Positions 17,151-34,609 of a stretch of 64,000 bases of DNA are shown here, one piece after another. Location of the stretch: NCBI RefSeq assembly GCF_009914755.1, contig NC_060937.1. One strand, written 5' to 3'. The translations under genes were made by a program, and so were the position numbers. The notes beneath the pieces were generated by a model that searched no databases, was not told the DNA's origin, and worked only from the letters and a program-made list of their open reading frames with translations. The DNA is from the human T2T-CHM13v2.0 reference genome, Homo sapiens. Every line of letters starts with the position of its first letter. Position 1 is the stretch's first letter.

Positions 17151-18299
17151 TACATTATACTGAAGGACTAAGGAAGATGTTTTCAAACTAAGGAGATGTT
17201 TTCAAAGTTTTGCAAAGCAAATATCTTACTTTACTTTTTTTTTTTAATGTGCAAAGACTAATATGTATGTATTGATGCTAGCCCCCTATAGCTAACACAG
17301 GAGATGGATTTAAAGTACACAAAATACTATAGAATTGCAACCCCTCAGACTGAAGAAGATACTGAAAATAGATGAAGCTGCAATATAAACAAAATTTACA
17401 GCTTGCTGTAATGTCAATTTTATTCATTAGGTAAAGTATTTCATATGAAAACAAAACCGCATTAAGAAATGAAGTAGAAGATTCCCAAGACTTCAAAGAA
17501 TTTTCACTCTTGCCTCAATCCCTTCAGTTTTGCTTCCCCAACTCCCCATGTTTGCATTCATTCTCCCGAATCTTTGGCTCTGTCCTCAGAGTGCCATATA
17601 ATTCAGCATGATAAATGCCTACCACAGGGGAAGATATAAGGCACTACGACAGCACAAAGAGGGATCCTTCCTGAGCCCTGGGGAATCACAGGCAGCTTCC
17701 TAGAGGAATTATACAAATTCTAACTTGCGACAGCAGTTAAGTGTGGGAATAATTTAACTGGTGTCCCAAGAATAATATATCCCAGAACTCTCAAGTCTCA
17801 TCCATACACTGAAGTTATAATAGATTTGGAGGGAATTAAACTTAAAACATGTTGTTAATAAAATGGTGCTTGCAGCTAGGAGAAACTGACAAGTGTTTTG
17901 CTTTTTATTTCAGTACTATAAATGACCAGACTTCCCATTCTTCCTATGTAAAATAGCAATATTAGTATCTTCTGAATTCACTCAATCATTTATAATTAAA
18001 GTTCAGTTAACTTCACAGGGATGTTCAAAGACAGCTGACAGTAAATGTTTGAGATTCACATACATAGAAACTATATTTAGCCAGGGGTTGGTGAGCTTGG
18101 TTAAAGTATGATACTAATGAACACATGGTTCCGATGTTCATACGTTCTATAAGCTTAACTTTTCCATGGAGTAAACTTGGCCAGTTATCTTCAGTTGTGC
18201 TGCAGATGGTCACAATATGAATTGTTTTTTTAAAAAAAGGAAACGAATCAGTTTAACACTGCCACCTGGATAACATAAATCATGTCCCAACACACCTCC

Positions 18300-18620
18300 C
18301 AGCTTCCACTCTTATTCCTCTATAATCCGTTTCTCCATCCAACAGCCAGGATGATTTTTTTAAAGGCACATTAGACTATGTTGCCCACCACCCAGTTCCA
18401 GTTAAAAATCTTTCAACAAAGCTCTATTCACAGTATAATAGGAACCTAACTCTTACAGGGCCCTACAGCATCTGGCCCCTGCTTACCTCTGCAGCTTCAT
18501 CTCACACCACTGTCCCCTTGCTCCCCATGCTCCAGCCACCCAAGTCTCCCTGCTGTTCCTCGAGCAAATCAAGGCTCCTTTCCACAGCAGAGCCTTTGTA
18601 CCTCCTGTGTCCTCAGCCAA
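18300..18620 (+). mobile_element. L2 fragment
   Basis: 'atctggcccctgcttacctct...tgctccagccac' L2 3' motif. Confidence 0.65.
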
Positions 18621-19087
18621 TACACACAGTCAGACACAGCCCCCGTGCTCATGGGTAAGAACTGAGGAAGGAAATGTCCAAGCAAAAACAAACTATATAA
18701 AAAGCACATGAGGCCCCATGTGATAAGCATGAAGTGGCAGATAAGCAACAATCTTGACAGGACAAAATAACAAGTTTAGGGAAAATTAAAATTAATGTTA
18801 ATAAGCCATACTCATTGAATGAAGAACTCTGAATTATTATCAAACAACCCAAGACCCAATATAAAGTGAAAATCTCAACTTTACCCAGTGCGCTTCCACA
18901 CTCAGACAGGCCAATAAAATTATTAGAAACAAAACAGTACCCCCCCCAAAATGGTGCACTAACACTAACAATGCTACAGTCAATACCAGTGAATTCTGAA
19001 GCCAAGATTATTACGCTGGAGGAGTAATCAAAATGATGAAGAGGGTAGGACGCTGGTGATGGTTGCACAACAATGTGAATATACTTA

Positions 19088-19417
<330 letters not shown>

Positions 19418-19867
19418 TTAAAAATGGTTAAGATGGTGAATTTTATATTATGTGTATTTTACCAGGTTTTTTTTCAAGGAATAGGAAAGTTTCAACAGAT
19501 CTGTAAGACAATTTTTCACCATGAAAAAACATAAAAGCTAAGAAAGATACCTTCTAAATCTATTAAATTGAAGATGCAGTAAGAATATGTAATGGTTCAC
19601 TAACAGAAAAAAGAGACAGTTGAAAGAAATATATTTTTAACATGTTTAGCTTCACTAATAAACTTACATTATTAAAACAAGATATTATTTTCACCTGTCA
19701 AACTAGAAAATAAGCAAAAAAAAAAAAAAAAAAAAGCTAAAAAAAAAAAATAACCTGGGCAAGGAAAATGAGTTCTCATGTACTTTGCTAGTGAAGCTAT
19801 AGTCAAGGCCCTTTGGAAAAGGAACTTGTCAGCATATATTAGGAGTCTTAAAAATGTTTATACTCCG

Positions 19868-20168
19868 CTAGGCACGGTGGCTCACACCTGTAATCCTAGC
19901 ACTCTGGGAGGCTGAGGCGGGTGGATCACCTGAGGTCGGGAGATCGAGACCAGCCTGACCAACATGGAGAAACCCTGTCTACTAAAAAAAAAAAAAAAAT
20001 ACAAAATTAGCCGGGCGTGGTGGCGCATGCCTATAATCCCAGCTACTCAGGAGGCTGAGGCAGGAGAATCACTTGAACCTGCGAGGCGGGGGTTGCAGTG
20101 AACCAAGATTGCGCCAGTGCACTCCAGCAGGAGCAACAAGAGTGAAACTCCGTCTCAAAAAAAAAACA
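19868..20168 (+). mobile_element. AluSp-like with TSD
   Basis: TSD aaaaatgtt(t/c)atactc at 19850-19865 and 20169-20184. Confidence 0.9.
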
Positions 20169-20332
20169 AAAAATGTTCATACTCTTCGGCCCTGCAATTG
20201 CACTTCTGTGAATTAACTCTAACGAAATAATCCTAAGTGTCTAAAAAGATTAATGCACAAATATGAATGTTCTTCACAGCACTATTTATAAATATAGTAG
20301 AAAATGAAATGAACATCAGGCAATAAGAATAA

Positions 20333-20660
<328 letters not shown>

Positions 20661-20768
20661 GCCATATGTTTTTTATAAGAAACTCACAATGTTTCTGAAG
20701 AACTCGTGGTAATTTGTGAAAAAATTATGAAAAATTGTATATACCAAGTATAATTTCAAACATTTTCA

Positions 20769-21065
20769 GGCCAATGTGGTGGTTTACACCTGCAATCCCA
20801 GCGTTCTGGGAGGCAGAGGTGGGAGGATCACTTAAGCCCAGGGAGACCATCCTGGGCAACACGGCAAAACCCTATCTCTACAAAAAAATACAAAATATTA
20901 GCCGGGCATGGTGGTGCGCACCTGTAATCCCAGCTACTCAGGAGGCTGAGAGGCTGGAGGATTGCTTGAGCCCGGGAGGTTGCAGCTGCAGTGACCATGA
21001 TCACACCACTACACTTCAGACTGGGCAACAGAGTGAGAACCTGTTTCAAAAAAAAACCAAAAAAA
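20769..21065 (+). mobile_element. AluJ
   Basis: Diverged dimer. Confidence 0.85.
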
Positions 21066-21381
21066 ATTTTCAAACAACATAAACAAAAACCTTTGCCTGT
21101 AATTCTTCTGCTTTTCTATAGCTGAGCTCATGTCACAGTAATAGTGGGAAAGGAAGAAGTTTACTTCTAACTTATATTTGGGAAAAGAAAGCTATGAACG
21201 TCATAAAACATCCACCCAGCTGTCTATCATCTCAATTAAGTTGTTGGTACTCTAAGATCAGGAGCCAAGTTTTATTTATCGCTAACATCTGGCATATAAC
21301 TAATTGACATATAGTAATTGTTCAATATGACAATCCAAAAACACCTATCCATCTAAATGACAGCTTTCTGAATAAAAAGAA

Positions 21382-21383
<2 letters not shown>

Positions 21384-21417
<34 letters not shown>
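21384..21417. repeat. (CA)n microsatellite
   Basis: About 17 perfect units. Confidence 0.95.
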
Positions 21418-21419
<2 letters not shown>

Positions 21420-21879
21420 TTTTGTTGTTGTTAAACAATCAGGAATCAGACAACCAAGCCAAAAAACCTGGGAATCTCTGAAGTAGAATTTATGATTTTT
21501 TTTAAATGCTGCCACCAATGAATGCTTTTTAAAACAATCTTTAGAGGAAGTAGTAGAAATGGATTCATGAAGGTAAGTTTTAATTCAGACACTGAAGGAG
21601 GGCCTGATTATATTTGGTTAAGTGAAGAGCTTGGAGAGCAATTTAGATAAACAGGAGCTACCCAAGCAAAGGGCAGAATTAGGATCTTCCATCCCCTTTA
21701 AATGCCAATGCTCCCAAAAGTTGTACCTTCAACCTTCTGCTTTTCTCATTCTCATTCTACACACATTTTCAGGGCAATCGCATTTATTCTCACAGCTTTA
21801 ATTATCACTTAAGATGACAGCTCCCACCATCAACATCTTCATTTCAGAATTGTATCCCAATCTTCAAACTCAAATTTGA

Positions 21880-22234
<355 letters not shown>

Positions 22235-22422
22235 TTGGATATTTATTTCAAACTCAACATGCCTTAAGCTTAGTGTTTCCTCTGTAAACCTGTTTCTCCT
22301 ATATTCCCTATTACTGTGAAACAGAACCACTTCCCACCTGGAAAATCAGATTATCTTCATCCCTTTCTCTACATCTACATCTATAAATTAACAAGACTTA
22401 GGAATTCCTTAGTAAAAGCAAT

Positions 22423-22713
<291 letters not shown>

Positions 22714-23879
22714 TCTTCATTCTTATCTCTAAAGCCTGTGTCCTAATTCAGGATCAGGTTAGCTCCTTCCTAAATCCTGAAATTGCTTCCTAGTTGACTT
22801 TCTCACCTCCAGTCCTAACTTTCACCAATTCTTTTCAGAAATCAGCTTAAATGTCACATCCTCAGGAAGGTCTTGCCCATTCTCTAGGTCAGGTTGGATT
22901 TAACTGCAATTGATCTCACAGTACTCCTCTACTTCCCCTAACACTAAAAAATGTCCTTGTAATGGTTGTCTTTATCCTATTAAGTGAGCTTCTGCATGAG
23001 AGAAGGGATTGTCTCTCTGATACCATTTTGCTTTACTGCATCTAGGAGTTCATTAAAATCACTTATATGTGATCTAACATGTGACTAATAATTGCCTCAT
23101 GCTTTATATCTCAAACATGAACATACTTTTCCAAACATATATAAATGTTTTTGGTGATCAATACTATACCAATTTAAATCACTGCTAGAAATGATAGGTT
23201 TTTGTCATGTATTTTCAAAAGTCACAATACACAAAACACATAACCTGTGACTTTTTTTGATAACAGAAATAGGTCTTCATACTTGAAAATGTGGAGATAA
23301 CTAGATTGGGAAGAAAATGGCCTAACAAAATAGAGTGAAATATTTAGCAATAGAAAACACTCCAGAAATAAAGTGAATTGGCTAGGACAGAGATCCACTT
23401 ATAAACCCTGGCTATGTTTTTTCATTCAGATTCAGAGTTTGTGTAAACCACTGGAAACCCTAACAACAGGAGACATATCCAACTACAGTCACCATAAGCA
23501 GTATCAACCAGGGCAATGCTGAACCGCAGTAGAGAATCTTTTCTCTTCTAACTTCTTTTAACTTTGTTCTCAGCTAATTAAGGCCTTCGGGAAAAGAGAA
23601 TTCAGATGACAAGTTACTTCAGTAAGCACAAATAACCTCAGACACCAATTAAAAACAGTTTTAATAGATAAACCTTGAGGATAACCCACACCAAACTCAA
23701 ACCATGTAGTAGAAAAGTTGCTAAAAGTTCCTTTCAACTTGCAGGTATAGACAACTAAAGTTTTGGCAACTCAACTAACAAGGAAACTGAGAATAGAAAA
23801 TGTTACCTTTTCTATTACTCATTTATTCTATCACCCTTATATGCAAATTTGAAGGACATTCCAATTAAAACTCATTCTG

Positions 23880-25660
<1,781 letters not shown>

Positions 25661-27300
25661 TATTACAAATTTTCAAAAGAAAAACCACCTCACTTCAAAT
25701 AAGCAGTAGAACTTCACAGAGGGAGAAATAAGGATATTAATATAAACAAAATCCACACTTCTAGTATACTATTTTCAAGAGTAGGCAAACTTTTCATGTT
25801 TTCTAATACTTTTTGAAATGAACAGCTGAAATAGAAAGTGGGGTTGATTTTAATAAAAACATATCCAATTCCCAAAAAGTGGTTTCAAGTGTTTTAGCTA
25901 TTAGTAGTATGCAGTATCCCCGGAATAATACATTACTTGACCTGCAGAACTTTAGCACCTATGCTACTAAAAAAAAAGTTCTCTTGTTGAACATCATTAG
26001 TTTACTTGAGACTTTGGGGGCACTAGAAATTGACGCTGAATGGTGAGAAAGCACCTCCCTTTACCAGCTCCCCTCTACCACAGGTTACCTCCCTCTAATT
26101 CTGAAGAACCTGCTTTTTAAAAACAAATTCTCTTAATAGTCTTTTTAAAATCTCTTAATAAATAAAAGTTCCTGAAGACTTGAAATCAAGCTCCCAAAGG
26201 GGACTTCGGTATAAAGGCTTATGGAAACTAGCCACATGGTGGCCATCAGACAGAAAAGAAACCCAGGACACCCCAACACATCAAAGACACCCAGGCCATT
26301 TTCAAAGCACACCAGTGACTGCATTATACCAGTAAAGAAATATTCTTTTTATGGGGGGAAAAAAAAGCAAACTAATATTACAAGTGAATACTCACTTGAT
26401 CTACCTTTGTTAAAATTAGCAAAATGTATAAAGAGACATTTTTTAAAGTACCCCATCAAGAATCCATTAAGCAGAAGAAATGAGGCTGAGGCACTTAGTT
26501 TTCTTCCCTCAAAGGCAGGATTTTTAAAAGTTAAATTTTCCCTCTGTAATTCCCTTCATTTCTCCTCCTATTTCTGGAAACAGCAACACTACTAACAACA
26601 GAAGCTTATCAAAGCAGAAAACATTTCAGCAAAAGCAGATCAATTACCTATAAGATGGAGGAAGAAAGGGATAGCAGTCTCTTCCTAAGTCCTGCCCAGT
26701 TAGTCACCCCGCCTTCTTCCTGCCACCTGCTGATCTCAGCTCTACACCAGGGCAACAATCCTAAAAAAGCAACCTGGAAGTACAGCTGCCTGATCCATCA
26801 TGTTCCCTTCCTGGTCTGAGATCAATGAAAGGTTTACACAGAGATATACACGTGTGTGTTTGTGTGTATACACATGTATACCTGTATATAAAAATTTGAT
26901 CTAGATTATATGTGTGTATATGCATTTTAAAGGAAATAATGGAAACGGACCTATTTTTCAAACCTCTCTATTCATCCTGTACTACAACCTATTTTACAAA
27001 CTAATATTTATTTTTGTACACAATGTGCTCTTATGTATGACCATTACTTCTAAAACAGAGAGCAATAGTAACCATCGTTACCGTAAAAACAAAAACAAAA
27101 CACACACACACACACACACACACACAAATGTACTCCTTCCTCACAAAAATTGGGTAAAGATTAGAAAAAATAAACAGTAAGCATAAATTAGAAAATTTCC
27201 CACAAGAAATTATCTACAATTGGCAAGACATATCAATAACAACAGAATTGTTAAATTTTCAAACTGAAAATGTGCAGGATTACTATCCATTGATCAATCA

Positions 27301-27470
<170 letters not shown>

Positions 27471-27491
27471 AAGTATTTTCCAGCTTAATAC

Positions 27492-27577
27492 TATATATAT
27501 ATACATATATACGTATATATGTGTGTGTGTATATATATATATACACATATATATACATATATATACACACATATATA

Positions 27578-27627
<50 letters not shown>
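27492..27627. repeat. Compound (TA)/(CA)/(TG) alternating purine-pyrimidine tract
   Basis: About 135 bp of RY alternation abutting the poly(T) tail of an antisense AluJ. Confidence 0.95.
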
Positions 27628-27645
<18 letters not shown>

Positions 27646-27923
27646 TTTTTTAACAAGGTCTCACTGAGCCGAGGCTGAGTGCATTGGCAGGATCACAGCT
27701 CACTGCAGACACGGACCTCCCAGGCTCAAGCAATCCTCTCACCTTAGCCTCCAGAGTAGCTGGGGCTATAGACGTGCACCACCACGCCCAGCTAACTTTT
27801 TTTTTTTTTGTAGAGACAGGTCTCTATGTTGTCCAGGCTGGTCTCAAACTCCTGGACTCAAGTGATCCTCCAGCGTTGGCCTCCAAGTGTTGGGATTACA
27901 GAAGTGAGCCACCACCCCTAGCC
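27628..27923 (-). mobile_element. AluJ
   Basis: Antisense dimer. Confidence 0.88.
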
Positions 27924-29099
27924 CCTTATTTTCTTTAAATGACTAGGAATTAAATCTCAAAGATATGTCAGCATGTTCAAAATAATTTTGATGAAAAAAG
28001 AAGTTAAACATCTCAGAAGTGCTATGCTGCTGCAAAATAGAGGTAAACAAACGACAGTCACAAAAGGTATTTCTAATTAGGCAAACTGTGTCATCCCTCA
28101 AAAAAGGGAAAAATTAAAAACAGGTTGTTTATTTCATTCAGTTCTAATTATAGTATCTAGCTAGCAAAGTATCATGAATGCAGTATTACTTTCATCAAAT
28201 TTTGGTTTAATATTTATCTAAGATTGTACAATTATTTTATTCAATAAAAGTTCAAAGATGTTGGAAATGAAAAACAAATGTGGGAATTAAGGTGATGGAA
28301 AACCCTATTAAGGCTGGAATTTAATTAACATGCAAATTATTTTAATTTTAAAGGCCTATGAGAGAAAAAAATTTTAAACCATACTCTAAACCAGTAACTT
28401 CCAACACAGGTGTGAGAAACAATCTACTTGGTGCTGAATTAAAATATTATCCAAATTACTGGTTTTTTATCTTAAAAGGAAAGACATTGCGCTTTGATTG
28501 TATTTAATAGGCAAACTGACACTGGTACACTTACTTAGTCCATCCCTTAATCAGATGGTCTCCCATCAACTCCCAGTGTTCAAGTTGAGGTTTTTAAAAT
28601 TCAGGCTATCACTAAATATCCCTTCCCAGAGATGATCACAAGTCAAAATCACCTGAGAGTTCTGAAAGTGGTCAAACCTTCTATACTTATATCCAAATTA
28701 ATTAAAACTATCTTGAAACTTTATTTTCAATGTTAGAAACACAATGTAATTTTTCAGTTTTGAAAGGCCTGAAACAGTGGATTTAGTGCCAATTATTTTC
28801 TTAAGGTGTTAGAATCTAGAACCGGTCTAAATTTTTTTTCTTCAATAGCATTTATTTTACCATTATAGAAAAGCAAGGGGCTGGGAGAGGATGTTATAGT
28901 TTAAGTTAGTTCAGCTTTTACAGAAAATGATTTCAACAATATCATTGTGATCTTATCTTTCATTGATTCAAAGCAGTATGTTTTACATCTATCATGTTAG
29001 GTTTCTTCTTTCACTGATTACTTTCCTTCCCTTTTTTTCATAGTAAATGAAAAATAAGGCTGACATCTTAAAATTCAATGTATGAAGGGTATAAGCCAA

Positions 29100-30560
29100 T
29101 TAGCTATGCTAATAAGCAATGGCAAATGGTAAGCAAAAGTAAACAAGATCCTGGTCTCTCACAGGATTTTAGCTACAGGGAGAAATGGCACGCAAAAATG
29201 TAAAACCAGGAGTATACAAAATGGAGTATACATGGCACAATGACAGCAAACAGAATGATCTCACCTATTCAAGAACATCACAAGAGACGTCCCTGAAGTA
29301 AGTAAATGGGCAAAAGAGACAGCCAAAAAGTGGTCAAAGGTAAGACTGGAAAGGTAAATGGCGACTCTCAGGTTTTCAAAAATTATAGCAAGAATTTTTG
29401 TCTCTACCCTACCCATGAATCCCAAAATTAATTGGAAGCCAATATAATGTTTTAATTAAAGGAATAACATCACTCCAGCCAAATTCTGGAGAATGAATTT
29501 CATTAGCATAAGGTTATATACAAGGAGACCAATTAGAACTCTTGCATCCAAGTTAGGAAATCATGGATTGAGACAAGGTAATGACAACAGGATATATGGC
29601 TGAGATATTTCAGCCCCCCAGCCCGTAAAAAAACCAACAGGACTAGATGATGGATTATGGTGTAAGGACTACAGATATACTGAAATACGACACCCAGGTT
29701 TCCAGCATACATAACTGAACACATGTGGGTGACAGTCACTAAGATGAGATCTCCCAAAAGAAAACCAGATTTGAAGGCGAAGATCATAAATTCATAAAGC
29801 ATGTTTGAAGTGCTCCTGGGACACCCAAAAAGAGAAGTCAAATAGGTAGATCTATGAAGTTGATCAGTGTTATAAACACGAGTCATCTGTGTGAAGGTAT
29901 TCAATCTGTGGTATTGGTAGAAATGCCCAGAGAATTGACACATGATAACCAAGGACCCTGCCTAAGAAACTCCCATATATAAAGTCCAGGTAGAGTGAGA
30001 ATGAGTCTGCGAATCAGACTAAAAACTGGCCAGAAAGACAGGAAATCAGAGGACTAAAGATTAATAGCACCCAAAGTGTGAAGAGAGAATGTAGTCTACT
30101 GTTTCAAATGCTGCTGAGGGTACACATATGACTAGATACAAAGCTGTCCACTTGATCTACTAATAACCTCAATAGTATTATTTCAGTGAGGTTATCAGAG
30201 GTGGAAGCAAGATTCAAGTGGGCTGAGTAGGGGAGGAATGGAGAGATTACAGAGTTTTTAAGTTTGGGTATGCAGAGGAAGCATGGGGAAGTAGCTAGAT
30301 ATAAATCAATGAAAGTTTTAGACAAACTTTAACATGCTTCTATGCATAAGAGAAGGATCTAGTTGAAAGGAAAAAGTTAAATATGAGAAAGAAGTAATTT
30401 TTTAAAAATCTTAAGATCTCAGATAGCAGAGGTGATAAGATATAGAGCATAGGTGAAGCTGAAGGAAGGGGTGTTGAACATGTCAGATTTATGTTTGGTA
30501 TCAGAATGAAGGATATCCCATCTGATGGTTTCTAATTTCTCTGTAAGGTTGAAATGAAGT
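29100..30560 (-). mobile_element. Degraded L2
   Basis: 'gcaagattcaagtgggctgag', 'gtttcaaatgctgctgag' antisense L2 motifs. Confidence 0.6.
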
Positions 30561-30669
30561 ATCCACTGAAAAAGCTGCATATTACTCAACGTAAGTGTAC
30601 TAGAATGTAATAAAATTTTGGCTAAATGAGAAGCCCTTTATGTAGTAACAGAGACTACTTTCACATTTA

Positions 30670-30870
30670 TTGCAGGGTCTGGCACATAGTAAATGCTTTA
30701 CATATATTAGCCAATGTATTCCTCAAAACCATCCCAGGAGGTAGGTGTGTTTATTAGTCCCTTTGCAGATGAGGAAACTGAGACATGCAGTTTAAATGAC
30801 TTGCCCAAGGTGAGTGGCAGTGCTGGATATTCAAATCCAAACACTGACCCTAGAGAGCAAAAGCTCAGTG
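30670..30870 (-). mobile_element. MIR
   Basis: 'gcagatgaggaaactgag...tgacttgcccaaggt'. Confidence 0.75.
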
Positions 30871-31047
30871 CGCTAAAAGACCTCTTATTGGGCTTAAGAC
30901 TGCCCCTAGAGCACCCATATTGTCAATACAGATGGATGGTTTCTTAAGACAATTGAGAACCTAAGTCTGGGACTTCTAGGACGCTAACCCCCCACTATCA
31001 AATAATAAAAGATACAAACTTACTTTTAGCTAAGAAACCTAGGCAAT

Positions 31048-31467
31048 TCCATTGTGATGATGTCAAACACAGTGAAAGCTTTCAGTCATGCTATGGGATT
31101 TAATTGTGTATCCTCATTACTGTATCATTTGTGGGGTACACCCCTTCCCCCTTTTTTTTAAATTAAATACAGCTCATTCTTACTGTGGCTTGTAGCATTC
31201 CCCTCTTCTGGCCTCCTGGACTCCTCCCCTTCATCTCTCTTACCCTTGCCCCCTCCACCCGGTCTTGATAGTGGTATATTAAAAAAAGAAAGAATGAAAG
31301 CACATAAAATGAGTCAGTTTGGGGTCAGTGGTATAAAGGGGGTATATGTTGTGAACAAATGTTTTAATAACAGTTGGCTGTAATCACTCCTCGCCATGTC
31401 TGGCACTGAAAATAAGGGAAAAAAAACCTACTGAATAAAAGTGACAAAGAATGGAAAAAAAAAAAAA
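31048..31467 (+). pseudogene. 5'-truncated processed retrocopy of an mRNA 3'UTR
   Basis: Non-repeat sequence ending AATAAA (31434-31439), 15 nt, then poly(A); flanked by the perfect 16-bp TSD aagaaacctaggcaat (31032-31047, 31468-31483). Confidence 0.9.
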
Positions 31468-31689
31468 AAGAAACCTAGGCAATAAGACTTCATAAATTGA
31501 CAGCTATAAAGTTCACACACTTGAGGAAGAATCCGAAAGATTTTTCTTTCTTAACCTTTCATTACTTGTTTTCCAAAACTACAACTTTCTAACAGCACTA
31601 AAATGGCACTATAATTTACCTACATACATATGGATCTTCCTCACTAAATTTGGGCATCTCAAAGGCTGCCTATGTCTTCTTCCTTAAAA

Positions 31690-32310
31690 TATTTGTTTGG
31701 CGCCTACTGTGTAGCAGCTGCTAAAAAAAACAATAGCAAACAAGACAGACGTGATCCCTGGTCTCAGGAAGTCAGACAATAAATAGACCAACAATATATG
31801 CTTTTAAATTGGGCAAAATAGTAGTAAAGAATTGATGTAATGTTAGAGAGTAAAAGTCAAGGAAGAGAACTAAATGTTTAGATATAATGACTAGAAAAGG
31901 CATCCCTGAAGAGGAAACATTTAAGCTGAGACTTAAAAGGGGCATTCCAGTCATTAGGAATCCCCTAAGGTAGTAGACAGTAACACATTCAGAGACTAAA
32001 TGAGCCAAAGGTGGCTGGAGAGGAAGAATGAGGGTAAAGTTGGAAGAAAAGGTAGGGCCTGATCATTTAGGGTCTCACAGGCCATGATAAAGAATTTGGA
32101 TTTTGTTGTTTGTATAAAGGAAAGCAATTAGATATTAAACAGAAAAGGCATTTTATTTATGCCTTTAAAATCACAAATCATATTCTGTGAATAAAACAGG
32201 GATCAACAGATAAGGCAAGACCAGTAAGGACTACTGCAATAATTAGGCAAGAGAGGATGGTGGCTTGAAGAGATTGAAAATGGAGATGGTGAGAAGTGGA
32301 CAGGTTTGAC
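31690..32310 (-). mobile_element. L2 3' region
   Basis: 'atatttgtttggcgcctactgtgt...ggccatgataaagaatttggatttt'. Confidence 0.7.
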
Positions 32311-32314
32311 AAAG

Positions 32315-33460
32315 ATTTAAGAGGTAAATCTGATCTTTGGCAAAAGTACAAAGACAATTCAGTGGAGAAGGAAGAGTCTTCATGGTGCTGGACAACCACA
32401 TGCAAAAGGAAAAATAATCTATCCAACACTGACCTTTTATCTTTCACAAAAGTTAACTCAGAAAGTATCACAGACCTATACATACAATTCAAAACTGTAA
32501 AACTTGTAGATAATGAGGAAGAAAATCTTGTTTGGCAATATATTTGTAAACACAGCACGAAAATCATGACCCATAAAGAAAAAATTGATAAGGTAGACTT
32601 CATTAAAATTGAAAATTTTTCTTCTCTGTAAAACACTGTTTAAAAAAAATGAAAAGACAAGCCACAGACTAGGAGAAAATATTTGTCAAACACATCTTAT
32701 AAAGGACTGGTATCTAAAATATACCAAGAACTCTTAACACACAATAAAGAAAAAATCTTAAAAAAGAGCAAAAAATCTGAGCAGATGTATCACCAAAGAT
32801 AATAGAGAAAAAAAAAAAACATGAAATGGAGCTCAACACCCTATATCACTAGAGAAATGCTAATTAAAACAATGGATACTACCACACCCCTATTAGACAG
32901 GCTACAATCACTGACAACACCAAATGCTGCTAAGAATGCAGAGCAAATGAATTCATATTCATTGCTGGTGGAAATGCAAAAACAGTACAGTCGAGTTGAG
33001 ACAGTCTGCAGTCTCTTACAGAGCTAAGCACAGGCTTACTACATGACTCAGCAATTGCACACACAGGTATTTTCCCAAATGAGTTGAAAACAAGTCCACA
33101 TAAAAACCTGCACAGGAATGTTTGCGGCAGCTTTATTCAGAACTGCCAAAAACATCAAGCAACCAAGCTGTCCTTCATTAGATGATGGATAAACAAACTG
33201 TGGTAGATATATACAATAATAAGAAATGAGCTCCCAAGTCACAAAAAGACATGAAAAAAACTTTCATATTGCTAAGTGAAAGCCAGTCTGAAAAAGCTAC
33301 ACACTGCATGACTCCAACACTATGACATTCCAGGAAAGGCAAAACTAGACAGATAGTAAGATCTGTGGCTGCCAGAGCCTGAGGTGGGGAGGTAGGAGTA
33401 TGTGGCACGCAGAGAAGAAGGATTTTGCAACAGGGAGGACCCTGATGACAGAGCATTCAC
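32315..33460 (+). mobile_element. Old L1M 3' portion
   Basis: ORF 32296-32631 carries an L1 ORF2 C-terminal relic (WCW...KIDKVDFIKIENF). Confidence 0.8.
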
Positions 33461-34317
33461 AGTGGTATCAGAAGCGACAACCAGAATGGAATAGATTGAA
33501 AAGTAAACTAAATTTGAGAGATTGTAACAATATAAGTAGACAACTCTTGATAATGAAAGTGAACAGAGATTGCAGAAGTTAGGGGGTGTGGAAAGACCCA
33601 AGGTGGCTTCCTTAAGATGATGTATGAAAGCATAATTAGATACTCATGAGAATGAGCTAATAGAGAAAAACATTTGCTAATAGAAGGAAAGATAAAATAC
33701 AAAAGGCAACAAATCTTTAGCAAAATATAAGAGATAGACCCATCCTCTAGAGAACAATGAGAAAAAGCCTTTGAAAAAAGAAGTATGGGGATAGAAGCAT
33801 CTTAATATTTCCAGTGCATGAAATACTATACATAATAAAAGATGCATGAAACTTAGTAGATCCTCAATAGAGATTAAATGAATCAAATTAAATAACTGTA
33901 ATGGTTTAAAAAGCTCCTAGTAGAACAGCCTACTTCTAAGTCGTGGGACTCAAACTAAATTGAAGGCAAATTCAGACACTGAAAAATTCATACTACTTCC
34001 AGTTTTGAGTTCAACTAGTGAAGCTGTCACTCCTGTCCACACAACAGAAAAAAAAAAAAACTGAACTGGAAATCAGTAGCTTCTCTTAGATCCATCAGAG
34101 AACCGAGATCACAGGACAATCTGCTGCCTCCTCCAAAACTAAAGAAACAAGCAAATACAGAAAATCACAGCTTACCAGAAGCAGCAACTATTGCTGAAGC
34201 CAACAACTGGAAGAAAAACTTAAATAGATTAATTAAGACAGTCTAAATATGGACTAGTTTGACAGATGGAAACTCCTGGCAAACCAGCCTTAAGGGGCTC
34301 CCCACACTTCCATGATT

Positions 34318-34609
<292 letters not shown>

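Noticed and set aside
29533-29952. 139-aa minus-strand ORF
   Set aside because: Lies within a degraded L2; no exon-like boundaries.
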